Shown piece after piece: positions 36,301 to 49,750 of a stretch of DNA of 64,000 nt (positions are counted from its first letter, which is position 1; each line of letters opens with the position of its first letter). The stretch is taken from contig JAYWIR010000049.1 of the NCBI GenBank assembly GCA_036172245.1, forward strand, positions 186,001 through 250,000, in the 5' to 3' direction. The notes beneath the pieces are model-generated. The model searched no databases, was not told the origin of the DNA, and saw only the letters and a program-made list of their open reading frames with translations. The translations under genes and the position numbers were made by a program. The DNA comes from Raillietiella orientalis (lineage: Eukaryota).

Positions 36301-39300
36301 GAGGGAAACAGAAGAATTATTGTATGTTGAATTTGAATTGTGGTTGAATTATTTGTATGCCCCTCTACTCTTCGAAATGAAGAAAAAGAGCTTGACTTTT
36401 CCGGGTACTTGGGATCGGTTGAACCATGCCCAAAGGCTGTTCGCCGTAACCTAACGTTGGTTCACCCCACAGAGCCAGTTCTGCTTACCAAAGTGGGCCC
36501 AGTGGGCGCTCGTAAATCCGATAGTCTCAGTTTCAAAGTTCAAACAAGCCGGACTTTTCACCCATTTAAAGTTCGAGAATAGGTTGAGGTCATTTCGGCT
36601 AGAAGGCCGTTCGCTTACCTGGATGCAACACCAAATTGATTTCATATTCGGTACCCATGGGTGCGAAGCCAGGGCTTCAAAAACTTTTCAAGTGATCCTT
36701 GAGCGTTAGTCTAGAATGTGAACCCTGTTTAAGAGACGGCAGCTAAGAGCGTTGCCAGTAGAGCGGTCTTGCAACAAAAACGAGTCATCACATTTGTTGT
36801 GTGGTGTGGTCCAGCAATGTGTAAGTAGCGAGAAGTGGGCGAAGCAAGGAATTCTCGAAACAAGGGACACCATAAACAGGGAGTCTGCGCCTGGATTTGG
36901 GCAGCGGTAGAAACTAATTTTGGGAGCGGCAGTTTCCAGACAAACAAAAATCGAGGTAAAAAGAAAAGTATCAGCATCTCTGCTAATGTATGATCATGTG
37001 GCTCATCTGTAAGAGGTGAACCATGCTTGCACTAGGTGTCTTTGTTGTATGAGTGCAAGTTGGTTTGTGTCAAAGACTAACAAGTGCTCATTGTGAACCC
37101 TCAAGTGGAAAAAAGATCCAGGAAGCTTGCGGCATTTGATAAAGACACTAATAAATGAGTGAGCAGATGTATAAACGAAAGCATGATCCACAAGAGAGAG
37201 TATAAACAAAAAGGTATAGATATTAAAGTACTCGTAGAATTAGAAATGCGATGAATAATCTAAACAACTTGAAAGCTCATCACTTGAATGTGAAAATCCG
37301 AGCACTAATTCTCAAAAGATAAGGCTGTTTTACCATTTATTTAGAACTTCAGGCCTGGACGATCACGTGACAGAAACACTCAAAACACTTCATCAGCAAT
37401 GTGAGCATCGAGATTGAAGGAGAATCACATAGGACAGAAAGAGGTCTCAAAAGGCTGCTCTTATGCTCACAGCCAGCCTTTGAAATGACGTAGTGCATTG
37501 CATTTGTCCTTTGTGCCTTTGCTAAGCAGCTAAGGAAAACAACGGCTGAATATCAACCTCTGTTCTTATTTTAGGTGTTTTTGTTTCCCATCAGGTTCAA
37601 TTCTAAGTCCACACGGCAAAATTCGAAAATCATTCAGCTACTGATTAAAGCACCGGTTTCATATCAACACAGTAAAAAATTAAGGATTCAGAGGAATAGA
37701 ATTCTTCCATTACACGTCTGCGATGAACAGAATCTGCGGACAATCTCAACGTTCTCCATTAGTGTCGCCTATTAGGGTGAGTGGCTCGTGAGTACAATCT
37801 TCTCCTTGGTGGAATAAGGATTTTCGATTTGAATTATCTGGTGACGCTTGTTTGTCCGTTCTTTCGAAGCTTTTTTTTTCTCTCTGAAAGAAAACGATGA
37901 ATCTTCTGCTTCTTTCCCCAAACTCAATCAAGCTTCTCTTGACTCAGATAGCTGATGCGTTACTTCACAGTTCAATGAAACTCCCATGGATTTGCAGACT
38001 TTTAGTAGCTTCGCACTCGAGTTCCTATTTAGAGAGTAAAACGGGATCAACCTAGAAGGAACTTTCCGTATTCTCTTCTACGGAATCTTCCTGTGAAGTG
38101 GCTTGTGTAGGTTTTGTTTCTCGAGTGCACGCTTCTTATGCGACCATTCCTTTAACAGCTTATTTGACAATTATTTGACAATCAGTTCTCTCCCAGGCTA
38201 TTTTTATCCATTCAAATTATAGAATGACTGAAAATAGAATCTAGGAAGCGTTCATCATTGCTGGAGTCACTAAGAAAGATCGCATAATCCAAATATACGC
38301 CGCGTTATAACACTGACCGACCGTATCTTTCGCGATTTATGTTCCATCGTTGTCAGAATAACCTCCAAGAGATCAGATTACCAGATTCTAGACATGCATC
38401 AGTGACTGAGGAGGCTGAGAATGACTTACATTGCCAACAGAAGGTCGAAAGTTCCGCCTGCATGCTCGGTAACCCAGCGGAGCCCGTTTTCCTCAAAACC
38501 TTCATCACAATCCATGGAAACGAGAAATCAAAAATGCTGACCTGGAAAAAGCAGTGTCAATTTAATTTATTGAATTCTGATAATCAAATTAACCCTTAAC
38601 CTTCCCCAAATGCATACGAGGTTTGAGTTTGACCAAGGCGTTTGACCAAATCATCCTCGGTTCTGATCTTCCAAGGAAACTTCAGATGTTCGAATCCCGC
38701 CGCTGGCACTTCACAGAGGACTAACATTACGCTAGTTAGGAGATTTCCAACTTGAAATAAAAACTTTCAACGATGGTAAACTAAATTTTAGGTTATAAAA
38801 AAAAGGACCGCTCGCCATCGTTAGCTGATCTTGATGATAAATCTCTTGGGGCCACGTTAGAAGAAAATCGTAAAAGTCCTCTTTGTGTATCCTTTGAAAT
38901 GCATTCGATAGCAGGGCGCTGAGATCCGATTTCCAGCTGATTTACCGCACGATCAGAGTCCTGAAGATCTGGCAGTATTGGCAATCATTTTAGTGCACTA
39001 CGAAACGAGCTCGGGGATGCAGAACAGGGAAGGGTAAACAAGCAGATTATGTTCTGGTCTGCGCAAGCGCTAATGAGACTCTCTTCATCAGACATGAACA
39101 TCGGCACTACCCAACATCACAGCCAGAAAAATAGAAAAAAATACACCACCAACAGAGATTGCAGCCTCTGACAAGTGGATCGTTGGGAAAGGGTTTGACT
39201 TGCAGACTAGTGTATAATTTTGTTGAGGGTTCAGCGTGAGAGCAAAGACAAAAGCAACTGTTCTCAAACGTCTTCTCCTGGAGCAGTGTGCATTCGTGCT

Positions 39301-40639
39301 TGCTTTTCGTAATCGCGTGCTCGAAAATGCCACTGCTCGAAATAAATGGGAGACGCTTCTATTTTACTGATCTGTGTGTTTCCCCCGTTCGTTTTTCTGT
39401 GCAACACAGACGCAATTCGAGCATCAAAAAAAGCGATTTATACTGTTACTACTACTTTCTGGCAACTTGAAATGGCCTCCTGAGGACTCTTTACTCCCCT
39501 TGGAGACGCGGAAAGCAAGTCGTGGTTGTGCCACGGGCTCGTGCCTAATTTAGAGAAAGTGTTTTGTAAAGAGTGAGGAAACCAGAAAGGAATTTTTGCC
39601 ATCCTGAGATGAAATCCCATCGAAATGCCACCTGCAAGAGGAGGAAAACAAGAAGAAAAATTCTTTACGTAAAGAACTTGACAAAGGTTCGGTATCGACG
39701 GATGAAGCGGCAAAGCAGGCGTTTCCGGTTCTCTCAGGGCACTCGCTTCATCTGCTAGAAAATGGAAGATGGTCAATGCAACCAAGAAGCCATGTTTTGG
39801 GATGCTCTTACAAATCCAGTAGGTTTCCGCATGATGCGAGGGAGACCATGAATCCCTGTTGTATGACCCTTGCACAATAGTATTCATGAAACGTACGCTG
39901 CAAGAGTACAACAGCAATTTTCCGTCACTTTAAAACGAAAATGAAAAATTAAAGTTGTCTACTTATTTTCTAATATAAAGTTTTTTTTTTCTAAAAAAAA
40001 ACCTTTTAGAGTTTTGCTGGTATTTAATCCATTCTAGCAATTCATAGTTTCTCTTTGTACAAAAGAGTACCTTCTTGAGCTACTCTGCGAGCGCACATTT
40101 GAATGGAACGGAACGCAAACGCGTTCGATCACGCGTTCTTGTGGAAACAGTTGGACGGACACTTTCCTGCGAAATGAAGATCTGCATCCCTCGTCGTCAT
40201 GGAGCTGCCTCGCAGCGTCTCACAAGGGCTGCATCCATTTTCCCGTCTCGTCATGCAGGAGTGCTCTGCGTTTGGAGTTTTGCGCGATCCAGACGAGCAG
40301 CTCTTTTTTTCTTCGGCACTCTTTCGAATCTTCGGTGTGCTTGTGGTGAACTTTGTGAACTATAAGGCGGCGGGTTGTATTTATTTGCAAGGAGCAGGCA
40401 GAGCGGAATACCGCACGAGGATGACGGTAGACCAAGACGGGTGGAGAAGATGCTGGAAGCTTCCTGATTTCATTTGCTTGCGTCCCCTTTTGTATGTGAT
40501 CCAAAAAAAAAAAACAAAAATTGAAAATGAAATCAAACTTCAAAGTGATGCGGGAGGCGAAAGGAATTCAGCAGGAAATTATCCTCCCGTCTCAGCTGCT
40601 GCAGTGTTAGGTACATGTGAGATGGCAGTTTCTATGCTG

Positions 40640-40950
40640 TGACCACGAGCTTAGTGTAGCCCGAGGCGGACTGGCGAAGTGCCAAAGCACCGCTTGGCAA
40701 CCGAGGTGCCTTGGGTACCACTAGGATGTCGCTGTCCTGGCGCATCCCTTCACTACGTCTTCGAGTGTTCCAGCAGCAAGGAAGACTACCGTAAGCTTCG
40801 ACGTACAACCGTCTAAAGATGGATCCTGTCCCAAGGTTTTCGTCGGGAGAACCCGAAGCAGTCATGGCTCATGGTCGGAGGCGACCGACACAGAATAGGC
40901 AAAAGCGGTAAATAACGTTCGGCGAAAGGATTTCGGACTCGTCTCCATTC
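40640..40950 (-). mobile_element. Non-LTR RT fragment (domains 3-4)
   Basis: TAFAYSV..MTASGSPDENL..IFRRLY..EGMRQDSDIL. Confidence 0.55.
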
Positions 40951-41199
40951 TAACTGCTAGGGACTCTATTAGTTAGTAGCTATTAAGTTTTTCATTCAAT
41001 TATGCCGAGGCATTTATTATTAAATTTTTAACAAAATATAATTTTGAGGTTCATTCTTGAGGTTCATTCAGTCAGAACACGTATTTCTGCCTGTCTTGCA
41101 GCACTTGTCTTTACCGGCACGAAGGTAGGTGAGGTGCTCACCGCTGACGAAGGGGATGGGGAAAACACAAAAAAACAACAACAGGGGAGGGAAGGGATC

Positions 41200-44100
41200 A
41201 CTGCTCACTGCGGGTGGTCCACTGCGTCCCGTTTTGGATGCGGACAAGTGTTGATCTTAAAGTTCGTAGTCGACGCCATTGGGAAGGCTTCTCCATCCAG
41301 ATGGCCGCCCAGTGGACGCCATTCCCCGTGGCCTCGCATCAATGCAGACCACTTGGCCAGGATGCCGCGTATGCAGCAAACTCCAACACACGCGGCTGCT
41401 GGCAGGGCGTCCCGCATTAAGAGGCGACGGAAAATGTTTCTCGGGTCTCCAACCGGAATGTTCAGGATCGACGACAGTCGATTCTATATGGGGCGGAGGG
41501 TCACACACGAGATTAGCAGGTCCGGGAAGATTTCCCTTTGCCCGCAGCCTGCACAACGGGCATCCGCACTTCAGAGTGTCCAGTGAGAGAGGTGTGCTCT
41601 GCAAAGGAGTTCCCAATGCAACACGAGCAGCGTCGTCTCCTGCCAATCCAAGGGGAGGGTGCTATTGTCCCATAGCTCTGGGGGTCATTTCACCTCCTAC
41701 GGAGGTATGCCGAGCAGCTCGCCCCAGCGCACAAGTCCTTTAGGCGGGACACTCGGGGTTGCAGCGTCCGCTAGCTCCTGAGTTGTCCACGCCTTTAACA
41801 GTATTTCCCTGCCTCCGATGAGGCAGCACACTTCCCACGATGCCTCTTCCTGGCTGCCCCTATCGTTGTTTAGTGAGGGCAGCACTGGGGCAAGGGGAGT
41901 AAATGAAGCCCACAGAAGTTTCCGTGGGTTGGAAACGATCTCCTGCAGGGGCTGTCCAGCGTACCTGCCTCTACGGAGACATGAGTAGTCCGAGTCGCGG
42001 GAGGCGTTGATCTTAGCCCACGCAGAAACTGACTCCTGAAGCCAGGTAATGAAGTTCGCGGGGTGGTAGGAGATTCACATATTCTCCCTTACCAGGGCAA
42101 CCACGTCACGCAGCCGAAAACCACAACGGTTCAGACTGCGGTCGTTAGCCACAGGGATCGATGTGAATCTATTGCAGCCGATTGCTCTACTGGCAAGGAG
42201 GCGTGAGGGAATGCACCATGGAGTCGTCCATAATCTCGCTGCAAGGGAGAGTTTGCTAAATCGGAGCTGTCGTTCCATGCGCTCCAGCGTCAGGAGACCT
42301 AGGACGGTGGACTAACCGTCCCTGCGTGGAGCGCACAAGTCTCTAAGTCAGACGCCGGACCTCCGTGTACCCCAGAGGGCTTTTCTTAGGAGTCCCTTTG
42401 TCCTAGTTTTTATTTGGGGTAGGCGGGAAAAACAAAAAGTAGAAGGCGGGAGAGGGGGAGGGTCGAGAAAGAGTTCCACATCGCGTCCCGTTCCTGCAAG
42501 TAAAACTTGCCGTCACGGAATAAGACAATTGCCAACTCCACCTTTCGGAGACGGTCGGACCGAACTTCTGCTACTCAGAAGTCCCCTAACTGAACGCCAA
42601 GGTACTTAAAGTACCCGCCCGTGGGGGGTCTCCAAACGAATCAAGTCCGGCCGTCCCGTACCAACTGGTAGGATGGACGACTTCGTCTTATTCACTTCGA
42701 GGCCTGTCCTGCGGCTGAGCAACTCCAAGAACTCCTCGAGAGCAGGAGCAGCAGCAGAAGATCGTCTGCATAGGTCGACACGGCAGGTGCCGGGACACGA
42801 GCTCGGCAGGGTTGCCAGAGTCTCTCTGTATGCTCTTTGCTCGCACTCTTAGCACCAACTCAAAATAGACGGGATTTCCGACCCACTTTGTGTTTCGGGA
42901 GAGCAACGTAGGGCGCGCTTCCTGTGTCAGCACCGGGCTCGGATGTTTCCGGTCCTTTTGCTCCTGCCGGGCACCTCACGGCCTTTCTTGTAGCCTTGGG
43001 CGGCTGTTGGAGCATGTTAGCAACAGAGAAGAAAGGTGGCGGATCACCCCCACTTAATTTGCGTTCCAAACACGTTTCTCATCAGAGGAACACGCTCGTC
43101 GTGGGGTCATCTTGAATCTCGAATTCAAGCTTGCGAAGAGGAAATAAGAGGTGGCGATCTCTGAGGTCTGAGTTCTGCCTTCCTCTTAAAAGGACTCCTC
43201 ATCTCTCTGTTCCGCCTTGCTAATCGGGTGGGAAGCCTTCACACCCAGAACGTTCTTTGGGAGATCCGAGGGAATCCCTCGATTCACAAACCTGAGTGCG
43301 GCAGTGCTTTCCACCCAGGTGCTCCGGGGCGTTCATCCCCAAAAGAGAACAAACTACCTGGAAACAAAGTTCCTAGACAAAGGAAAAAGAAGTTCGAAGG
43401 GAGGGCTCCTTGACCAGCAATCGGCTATCTCCGCGAATTCTTAGCAAAGGTGTAGTTGGTGGGGTGAGGGAAATGAGTCGGGCATGACCGCGCCCGCGTG
43501 CCTACGCGAAACAGGCGCGATTCAGGAGTTCCAGGGGACGGATGGATCACCATCGCCCCGAGGATTCTTGAACTGCGAAAAACGGGAGAAAACCACGTGG
43601 TCCACTTGGCAAAGGCACAGCAACGGTGATTTCTCATGTGGTCAAGTGCTTCCTCTTCTGGTGTGTGAGGAAAAACGCTTGCCCCAAACGAACCCAGCCC
43701 TTGGCGACCGCCGGATCTGGTGTCCTCGGGTCGACTTGGCGACAGCGCGCGAAGAAGCAGCACGGCAGAGAGAAGCGGCTCCACCGACGGAGCAGCACAC
43801 CAGACTCAGTGAGAGCGCCGCTGGGGCGTCCCTGCTGTAGCCCCTGAAGCACTCCGGGAGCACGGACGGGACGCTGCCGTTCCTCAGTGCGCGCGTTCCT
43901 CGTGGATCCAGAAACTGCTCGCAAGCTTTGCGCCCGGAGCGTGCGAAAGAACAGCAAGGCAAGGAGAAGAAGAAGGTGCGTTCCCATGTCCGACGCCGGC
44001 CAAGAAGACCAGCCCACAGCAAGATAACAAGATGGCGGAAGCCGTAAAGAATTCCCGCCAACATTCATGTTGCGCGCTGACATCCGCGCCACCTGTTGCG
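41200..44100 (-). mobile_element. Decayed L1/Tx1-clade non-LTR retrotransposon ORF2 (APE endonuclease - RT - CCHC), internally deleted
   Basis: Motifs in order on the minus strand, with stops and frameshifts: NMNVGG (EN start), HPTNYTF, GWKAL linker, PVYFELVL, TYADD (YADD 42772-42761), TGLEVNKTKS, FKYLGV (42610-42593), KALWG..LCAPR..LGL, LPLDWQ..LLVLHW and CAGCGQREIFPDLLISC. Confidence 0.9.
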
Positions 44101-44279
44101 GGTGCAATCTGCACCCCTGCTGGAGAGCAACGCCCAGGCGGGGGCTTGGAAGGGGCCACCGACCCTCAAGCGTCACCAGGTAGCCGCCGAGATGTGCCCT
44201 GCTGATCCCTTACCGCCGTCCTTCCTAAAGGACTCGATTGATTCAGGCGGCAGGAGACTTCCGTAGAATGTGATCTGAC

Positions 44280-45700
44280 CCTTTGGAAGCAACCCAGCAG
44301 TTCTTCGTCCCCTGCTTTCGCTCCCACAATCTTCCGCGAGGAGATGCTCTGCAGGAATTATCGAACTATGCCAGAGTAACCGCCGCGTCGCTTGCCGCAG
44401 CGCCTCTTGCCTTCAGGACAAGCAGCGGCAGTCGCCAACCGACGAAGTGGAGGTTCTTCCGCACTGCTACCAGGAGAGAACTAACTTCCAGGCGGCTGGA
44501 AGGAGGACAAGCTGGTGAACACTGCCATCCATCCTTTCCGGGCTAAGGGACCGCTTCTGTAGAGCGAGCTGTTAAGTGCACACTCCTCCAAAGGAGTCGC
44601 TGCCCTTCTCCTGCGCTCGAACACTTTCGTGTTCTCCTTGAAATGGGAACAGGAAATGTTTATATTTCTGCACTCAGTGAGACCGTCGATGGAACCTCGT
44701 TCCCTGGAGAGCTGCGTTCCCAAACTGCTTCAGGGGCCGGGCGATCGGATCGTTCAACTTTGGCACAGATTGGCCACGGAGCTCCTGCACCCCGAAGGAA
44801 GCGCCATGGACTGACTGAGGAGGTTCTTTGCAAGAGAGGAGTCACGATGGACGTCTTCACCTCGATCACATGTTTGCCGCATTCGCGCACCGCACCCATT
44901 TGCTGGAGCAACGAAGGGAGGCTGTGAACTGGGCGACCACTCCGGAAGTCCCTCCAGGAGGTTCTTCTTCCTCTGCGACCCTCTTGGTGACGTCTCGCAG
45001 GACAGGACAAAGTGGTCCCGGATAGCCGTTACACCATTGTCACAGCGACGTTTGCCCTGAGGGCAAGCAGTAGCAGTCGCCAACCGATGAAGTGGAGATT
45101 CCTCCGTACCGTTGCTAGGTGCGATCAGACTCAAAGTCCCAGGAGGCTGGAAGACGAGCAAACTGATGGACGCCTCCACTCTCACGCGTTCTCGGTCGAA
45201 AGAACTCCTTTGGTGGTACGGGACTGTCGAGTGTGTGCCCTCCAAAGAGCCAGTGGACCCTCCTCTGTATTGGTACACCTCGATGTTCTCCTTGAAGTGG
45301 GAGCACGAGGTGGCGTTCCTCCTGCACTGGGGTCTCCAGGGCACCCAGAGCAGGTACCTATTTCCGGAAGAGTTGCGTCCTCGAACTGCTTTAGGTACGG
45401 GACGATTGGATCGTTCCCGCACCTGCTGCTGGACTGACTGCGGCTCCCTCCAGGAACTTTGGCAGAGACTGACCTCACAACTCTTGCATCCTGAGGATAC
45501 CGCCATGGACTCGATGAGGCGACTCTTCGCGAGGAATCACTACAAGCGCCATGACTTTGACGGCATGTTTGCGCATCCGCGTGTCATCGTCACAGTCCGC
45601 CATTCGCTGGAGTTTCGGACGCAGCCAAAGGAGGTCGCCTTCATGACAGTCGCCCACATGAGGACGGCTGCAAAGTGGTCTCATGGTCTCACCTGAAAGA
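44280..45700 (+). mobile_element. Two tandem, diverged non-LTR ORF2 3' ends (~44280-44930 and ~44990-45700)
   Basis: Both copies carry SSSRQPxKWRFxRT..RRLE, FSLKWE.E...LH and LWxRL.(T/S)xLLHPE..AMD. Confidence 0.75.
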
Positions 45701-46549
45701 AGTCAAGACGACAGTCGTCGGCATTCTGCGCCGTTCCTGAGCGTCCCTGAGCTTCCCATGCCAGAGATCCTCTGTCCTCATTCCCCATGTCCCCATCTTT
45801 TTCCCTTCATTCATTACTGTCCCCTTGCTTCCACCCTGGGAAGGACAGGGGAAGCGGGCGGAGTAAACTTCCTTTGGCTATTCACCTGAGGCATTCGAAT
45901 CCATCGGGAAGGACGACGGTGGGGAATTAGCAGGGTGCATCTCGGGGGCTACCCGGAGATGCTTGAAGGCCCCCTCTACGCGAGGACCCTTCTAAGAAGG
46001 GTGTGTGGGCGTTGTCCTCCAGCATGGGTGCCGGCCTCACGACCTTGGTGTCCGAGGATCCCTCAAATGATCTTCTTTTTGCTTCCGTTCTGGGAGCTGC
46101 ACTGCTGGCTTCTACGCTTATCTGTGACAAGGTTAATGCCCCTGGCGTCCTTCCTGATGACAGCAGCGGTCTCTGCAGTCGACTAGACCCTGCCTTGGAG
46201 GCCGTAGAAAGTGTGCGATCCTCATCAAAGGAGGACGAGGAAGGGAAGACAGGGGTGAAAGAAAGAAGGCGCGTGCAGCTCGCGTTCATCGAATCCCCTT
46301 CGGAGCTGGAATTCGGGAAAACCTCCCGTAGAAATTGTGATCGATGAAGAGGAAGCTGGGATGCTGGGCGAGAGGCTTCCAGGAAAAGAAAATGTGGGCC
46401 AGCTAGTTCGGGGACCCATTCGGCGACTGGGAATGACTTCCGCCGCCCGCGTCCTAATTGGTCCAATCATCTCCCTCAGCTGGGGTGCATGCACACGGGA
46501 ACGAAACGTGCCCGCGGGTCCTTTCTTCCTGTGAATTCCAGGTTTTCCC

Positions 46550-47470
46550 TCCTTGCTCGAGCGAGCCATGAAAATCTCGTTGCTGGCTTCGTCTCAATCG
46601 AGGGGTGCGCAGCCGGAAGCTGGAGGGCTCCTGAAGGTGGATTGGAGCCAGCAGAGTACTCCCGGTGGGCTCACCGTCCTGGCGTCTGCCGGGATGAAAC
46701 TATAAGTCCGGTGCTGGGTGGGGCCAGTGAAACAGAGGACACGCACGGGCGCCCGCTGCGCACGGTCACGAGCAGTCACCTGCGAGAGGCGGAAGACCGG
46801 CGGTGATTTGGACTCTTTCGGATAGCCTTCCCTTCCTGGGAAAGCATGCGGAGGTCTCTCGCTACCCATGTCCAAGAATCGGGGGTAGAGGACCGGTGGG
46901 CGACAACTGACGCGCTTCCAGACCGTACCCACCCTCTGTGCGAGCGCTTCGGTGTCCGCCTAACAGATGGCAGCACTCAGCGGCCTAGCCCTTCCCGAGA
47001 TCGTTTTCCGAGCCGCTCCGCGCGTAAGAGAGGCGGGATCGTCCCCGCCCGGGGAGACTACCCGTGCCTTCTCTGGGAAGTCACGGTGGAGGGGGACCGA
47101 TATCAGACAGCGCAGCCTCGAGCAACAACCTCCTGCTGCCCTGGCAACTTGTTAGTTACGAGGAAGTGAACGACCACCCCTGCCAAGCGACAGCCTTTGG
47201 TCTCTCCAGAGCGATGTGGGAGCCTACCGATGGTCCCATCTCGCTCCCACGAACTCTTTTTTTTGGGAGGTTGGTCCCCCTGCTACTCCTGCCTCTCCGT
47301 CGACCCCGCATGCACGCCAGATAGCACCTCGGCCTTCCGCTGACCTGGACGCCACGGAGGGCGAGGTCCCGCACTCTCCTGGTTGCTGCTTACGTGCACA
47401 AAGCGCCCCCGGAGAAACCAGGAAGCAAACGATTCCTGAGCATGCGTCTCCCTCCTCTTTTCCCGTCTCA
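46550..47470 (+). mobile_element. Decayed non-LTR RT fragment
   Basis: GSWRAP, GRPLR, RVREAGSSPP (GVRQG.PLSP-like), VSYEE (YADD position) and HLGLPLT (YLG.P-like) occur in order. Confidence 0.5.
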
Positions 47471-47569
47471 GGTCAGGTGATCTCCTCTGTCCTCAGTGTG
47501 ACTCCTTTGCAAGCGCCATTTTCACAGAAGTCAGGTTGCTGAGGCCACTGCTTCCTCCAATTACAGGGA

Positions 47570-48150
47570 CACATCTGCCTCACGCCCTTCGACCATGGAA
47601 CGAACTCCGGAGGAAACATCACTTGACCTTTCGAGAAAGCGCCAGTTCGAATAAATGCTTCTCGACTTCCAGAGAAAACGCGAATTGACCACCTAAAAAC
47701 ACACTTGACCTGCCAAAAAAATTCTCCTTCACCTTCAGAGGAAATGCTATTTGACAATCCGAAAAAAAAAAACAGTTGACTAGCAAAAGAAATGCCACTT
47801 GGCATCCTGAGGAAACATCACATGACCTCCCAGGGAAATGCCACATGATCATCCGAGGAAGTACCACTTCATCTACTAGAGCAAAGTCATTTGACAGAGT
47901 AAATGTCATTTAACTAGCAGATGAAAGGCCAGTTTGCATTTAGAGAGGAAGCCAGTTTACCGCCTGAGGAAGCATCAGCTGATCTTCCGAAGAAACGCCA
48001 TTTGATGTGCCAAGAAAACGTTAATTCACGATCCCAGGAAATGCCGGCTGAACTGAAGCCTGCCGAAGAAGTTCCATTTGACCTCTTGAGAAAATGGCAG
48101 ATGACTTCCCAAAGAAGCGCAATCTGACCTCCGAGGAAATGCCACGAGAG
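47570..48150 (+). repeat. Degenerate ~24-nt minisatellite (consensus approx. gaggaaatgccacttgacctcccc)
   Basis: Units include gaggaaacatcacatgacctccca, gaggaagtaccacttcatctacta, gaggaagcatcagctgatcttccg and gaagaagttccatttgacctcttg. Confidence 0.8.
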
Positions 48151-49100
48151 CCCCCCGAGCATCTGGAGACGGTGGGGTTTTTTCGAAGGCGGTGAGCCAT
48201 TTTTGCAGGAATTCCCACGCGGGGCCGGCGGGGTAGAGAGTTCCCAGAAGTTCCCGGAGGGATCTCCGAGATGCCAACATTGCGGGTTGCGCCCTTCGTT
48301 TTCGTGCCGCCCTACCTCCCCGCCGCCTGAGCGCTGCGAGGGGGTGGCGCCGAGGGGCAAAGTGGGAAGGAGCTCCCTGTTGCGCCCGCGCTTCCGGGAT
48401 GCTCCGGTGGCTGAGCCGCAGCCTCGCGAGGCCGCACACAGAGGAAGGCCCGCGACCCCATGCCCTCCGGCAGGGAACCGTGTGTCGACAACGGGTCGAC
48501 CTGGTGCGTCTCTGAGTCCCTCTCCATCTCGGACGTGGAAGGTGAGATGAATTCTCTGCTCTCGCTGCCTCTCCCCATTTCCGCTTCCTAGCAACGCGTC
48601 GGATGCGCAGGAGCCCAGGGCACTAGCGGCACGCACGAAACCCCAGCCTGCGCAGATGGTCCCTCACTGGCGCAGATGAGGTCGCCTCCGCCGGCGGGTG
48701 CAGAGGCGCGTGGCTGATCAGAGTGCCGGTCGCTCAGCCACAATCGCCGCGCTACTCTGCATCAAAAGGCGCAAACTTCGGAGAAGAAAGCTCACCGCGC
48801 GCCACGATGCAGAGCAGTATCTCCCGTGGGGGAGTTCGCGCCTGCCGGATGCACCAAGGAGACGCCCGTCTCCTTCGTAGCCTGAAGTCTCGAGCTCCGT
48901 TGGCTTTCTGCGCGGACCTCCCAGATTCCCGTCTGCGGGGGTTGCCGGCTGTTTTCCCCTCCTTCCAGCACCGTGCGTGTCCGCTCACGATGGGGGTCGC
49001 CGCAAAAGTCTGTCCCGCCATACGCAACAACTGAGGATCGGTCAGTCCAACTCGGATATGCACGGCCACGGCACTCTCCGGAGATCTTTTGGGATGCCCC
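48150..49100 (-). mobile_element. Decayed APE endonuclease of a non-LTR element
   Basis: ETGVSLV, GGGDLIC (48692-48672), SDALL..HLTF..QVD and the linker AWEFLQKWL. Confidence 0.6.
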
Positions 49101-49249
49101 TGGCAGCTGGTCCGTCCATCCGATTCGAAAAAAATCAAAACGTTGCACCTTGCTGACCCTCACAATCGATCTGAAACTTCTCCTCGCTCGTCTAATGATT
49201 TCGGGACCTCCGTTTGTTTTTTGTTTCTTCGTCGGGGATGGCCGATGAC

Positions 49250-49750
49250 ATCAGCCGGATCTCGGAGGAGCTGCGAGGCTGGAGAGGACGAGAGATGTAG
49301 GAGGGATGGTGATAAAAGGGTCAGGGACGCAGATGGGTCGTTCATCATAGAGTGAAGACGCCGAAACCCTGGAGTTGGGAGGCGAGGAATGGAGGAGCTC
49401 TCCCCTAAAGACAAAGCGAAGGCATCTTGAAACGGGTGCCAGCACACCTGAAGACTGCCCACGTGTGCCCACAAACTTGGACACTCTGGATCCGTGTCTC
49501 CGAGCATGAACACCTTGGATTCGTGCCTCTTTACGTGGACAATTTAGATTTTGCATACTTACCTTCAAGTGGCGTGGATAGAGCCAAAGTGTCACTAGGC
49601 GAACGGTTCTCGAGCACTTGGCGGACCAAAAAAGAAAAATCGAAGAAGGAAGACGAACGCCTTCACGTCTTCCTCTGCCTATTGCCCTCATTCCCAGTCA
49701 GCAGTGGACGAAGAACTCAGAACAGGTGTGAATCATTCCCTGGTCCGTGA
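49250..49750 (-). mobile_element. Non-LTR RT thumb fragment
   Basis: LWLYPRHLKVSMQNLNCPRKEARIQGV (W..VS..L..P..GGLG-like). Confidence 0.45.

Noticed and set aside
35900..37200. Possible coiled-coil and Cys/His-rich gag-like remnants
   Set aside because: Too degenerate (many stops, no intact motif) to call. Similar weak hints at 20560-21100, 25245-25600 and 39500-39900 were left unannotated.
38640..38710. gttcgaatcccgccgctggca, a tRNA 3'-like sequence (similar lone B boxes at ~12958 and ~21019)
   Set aside because: No A box or cloverleaf can be drawn, so these are not called as tRNAs.
47570..48150. Possible CRISPR array
   Set aside because: The units are contiguous and degenerate with no unique spacers, there are no cas genes, and the context is eukaryotic.
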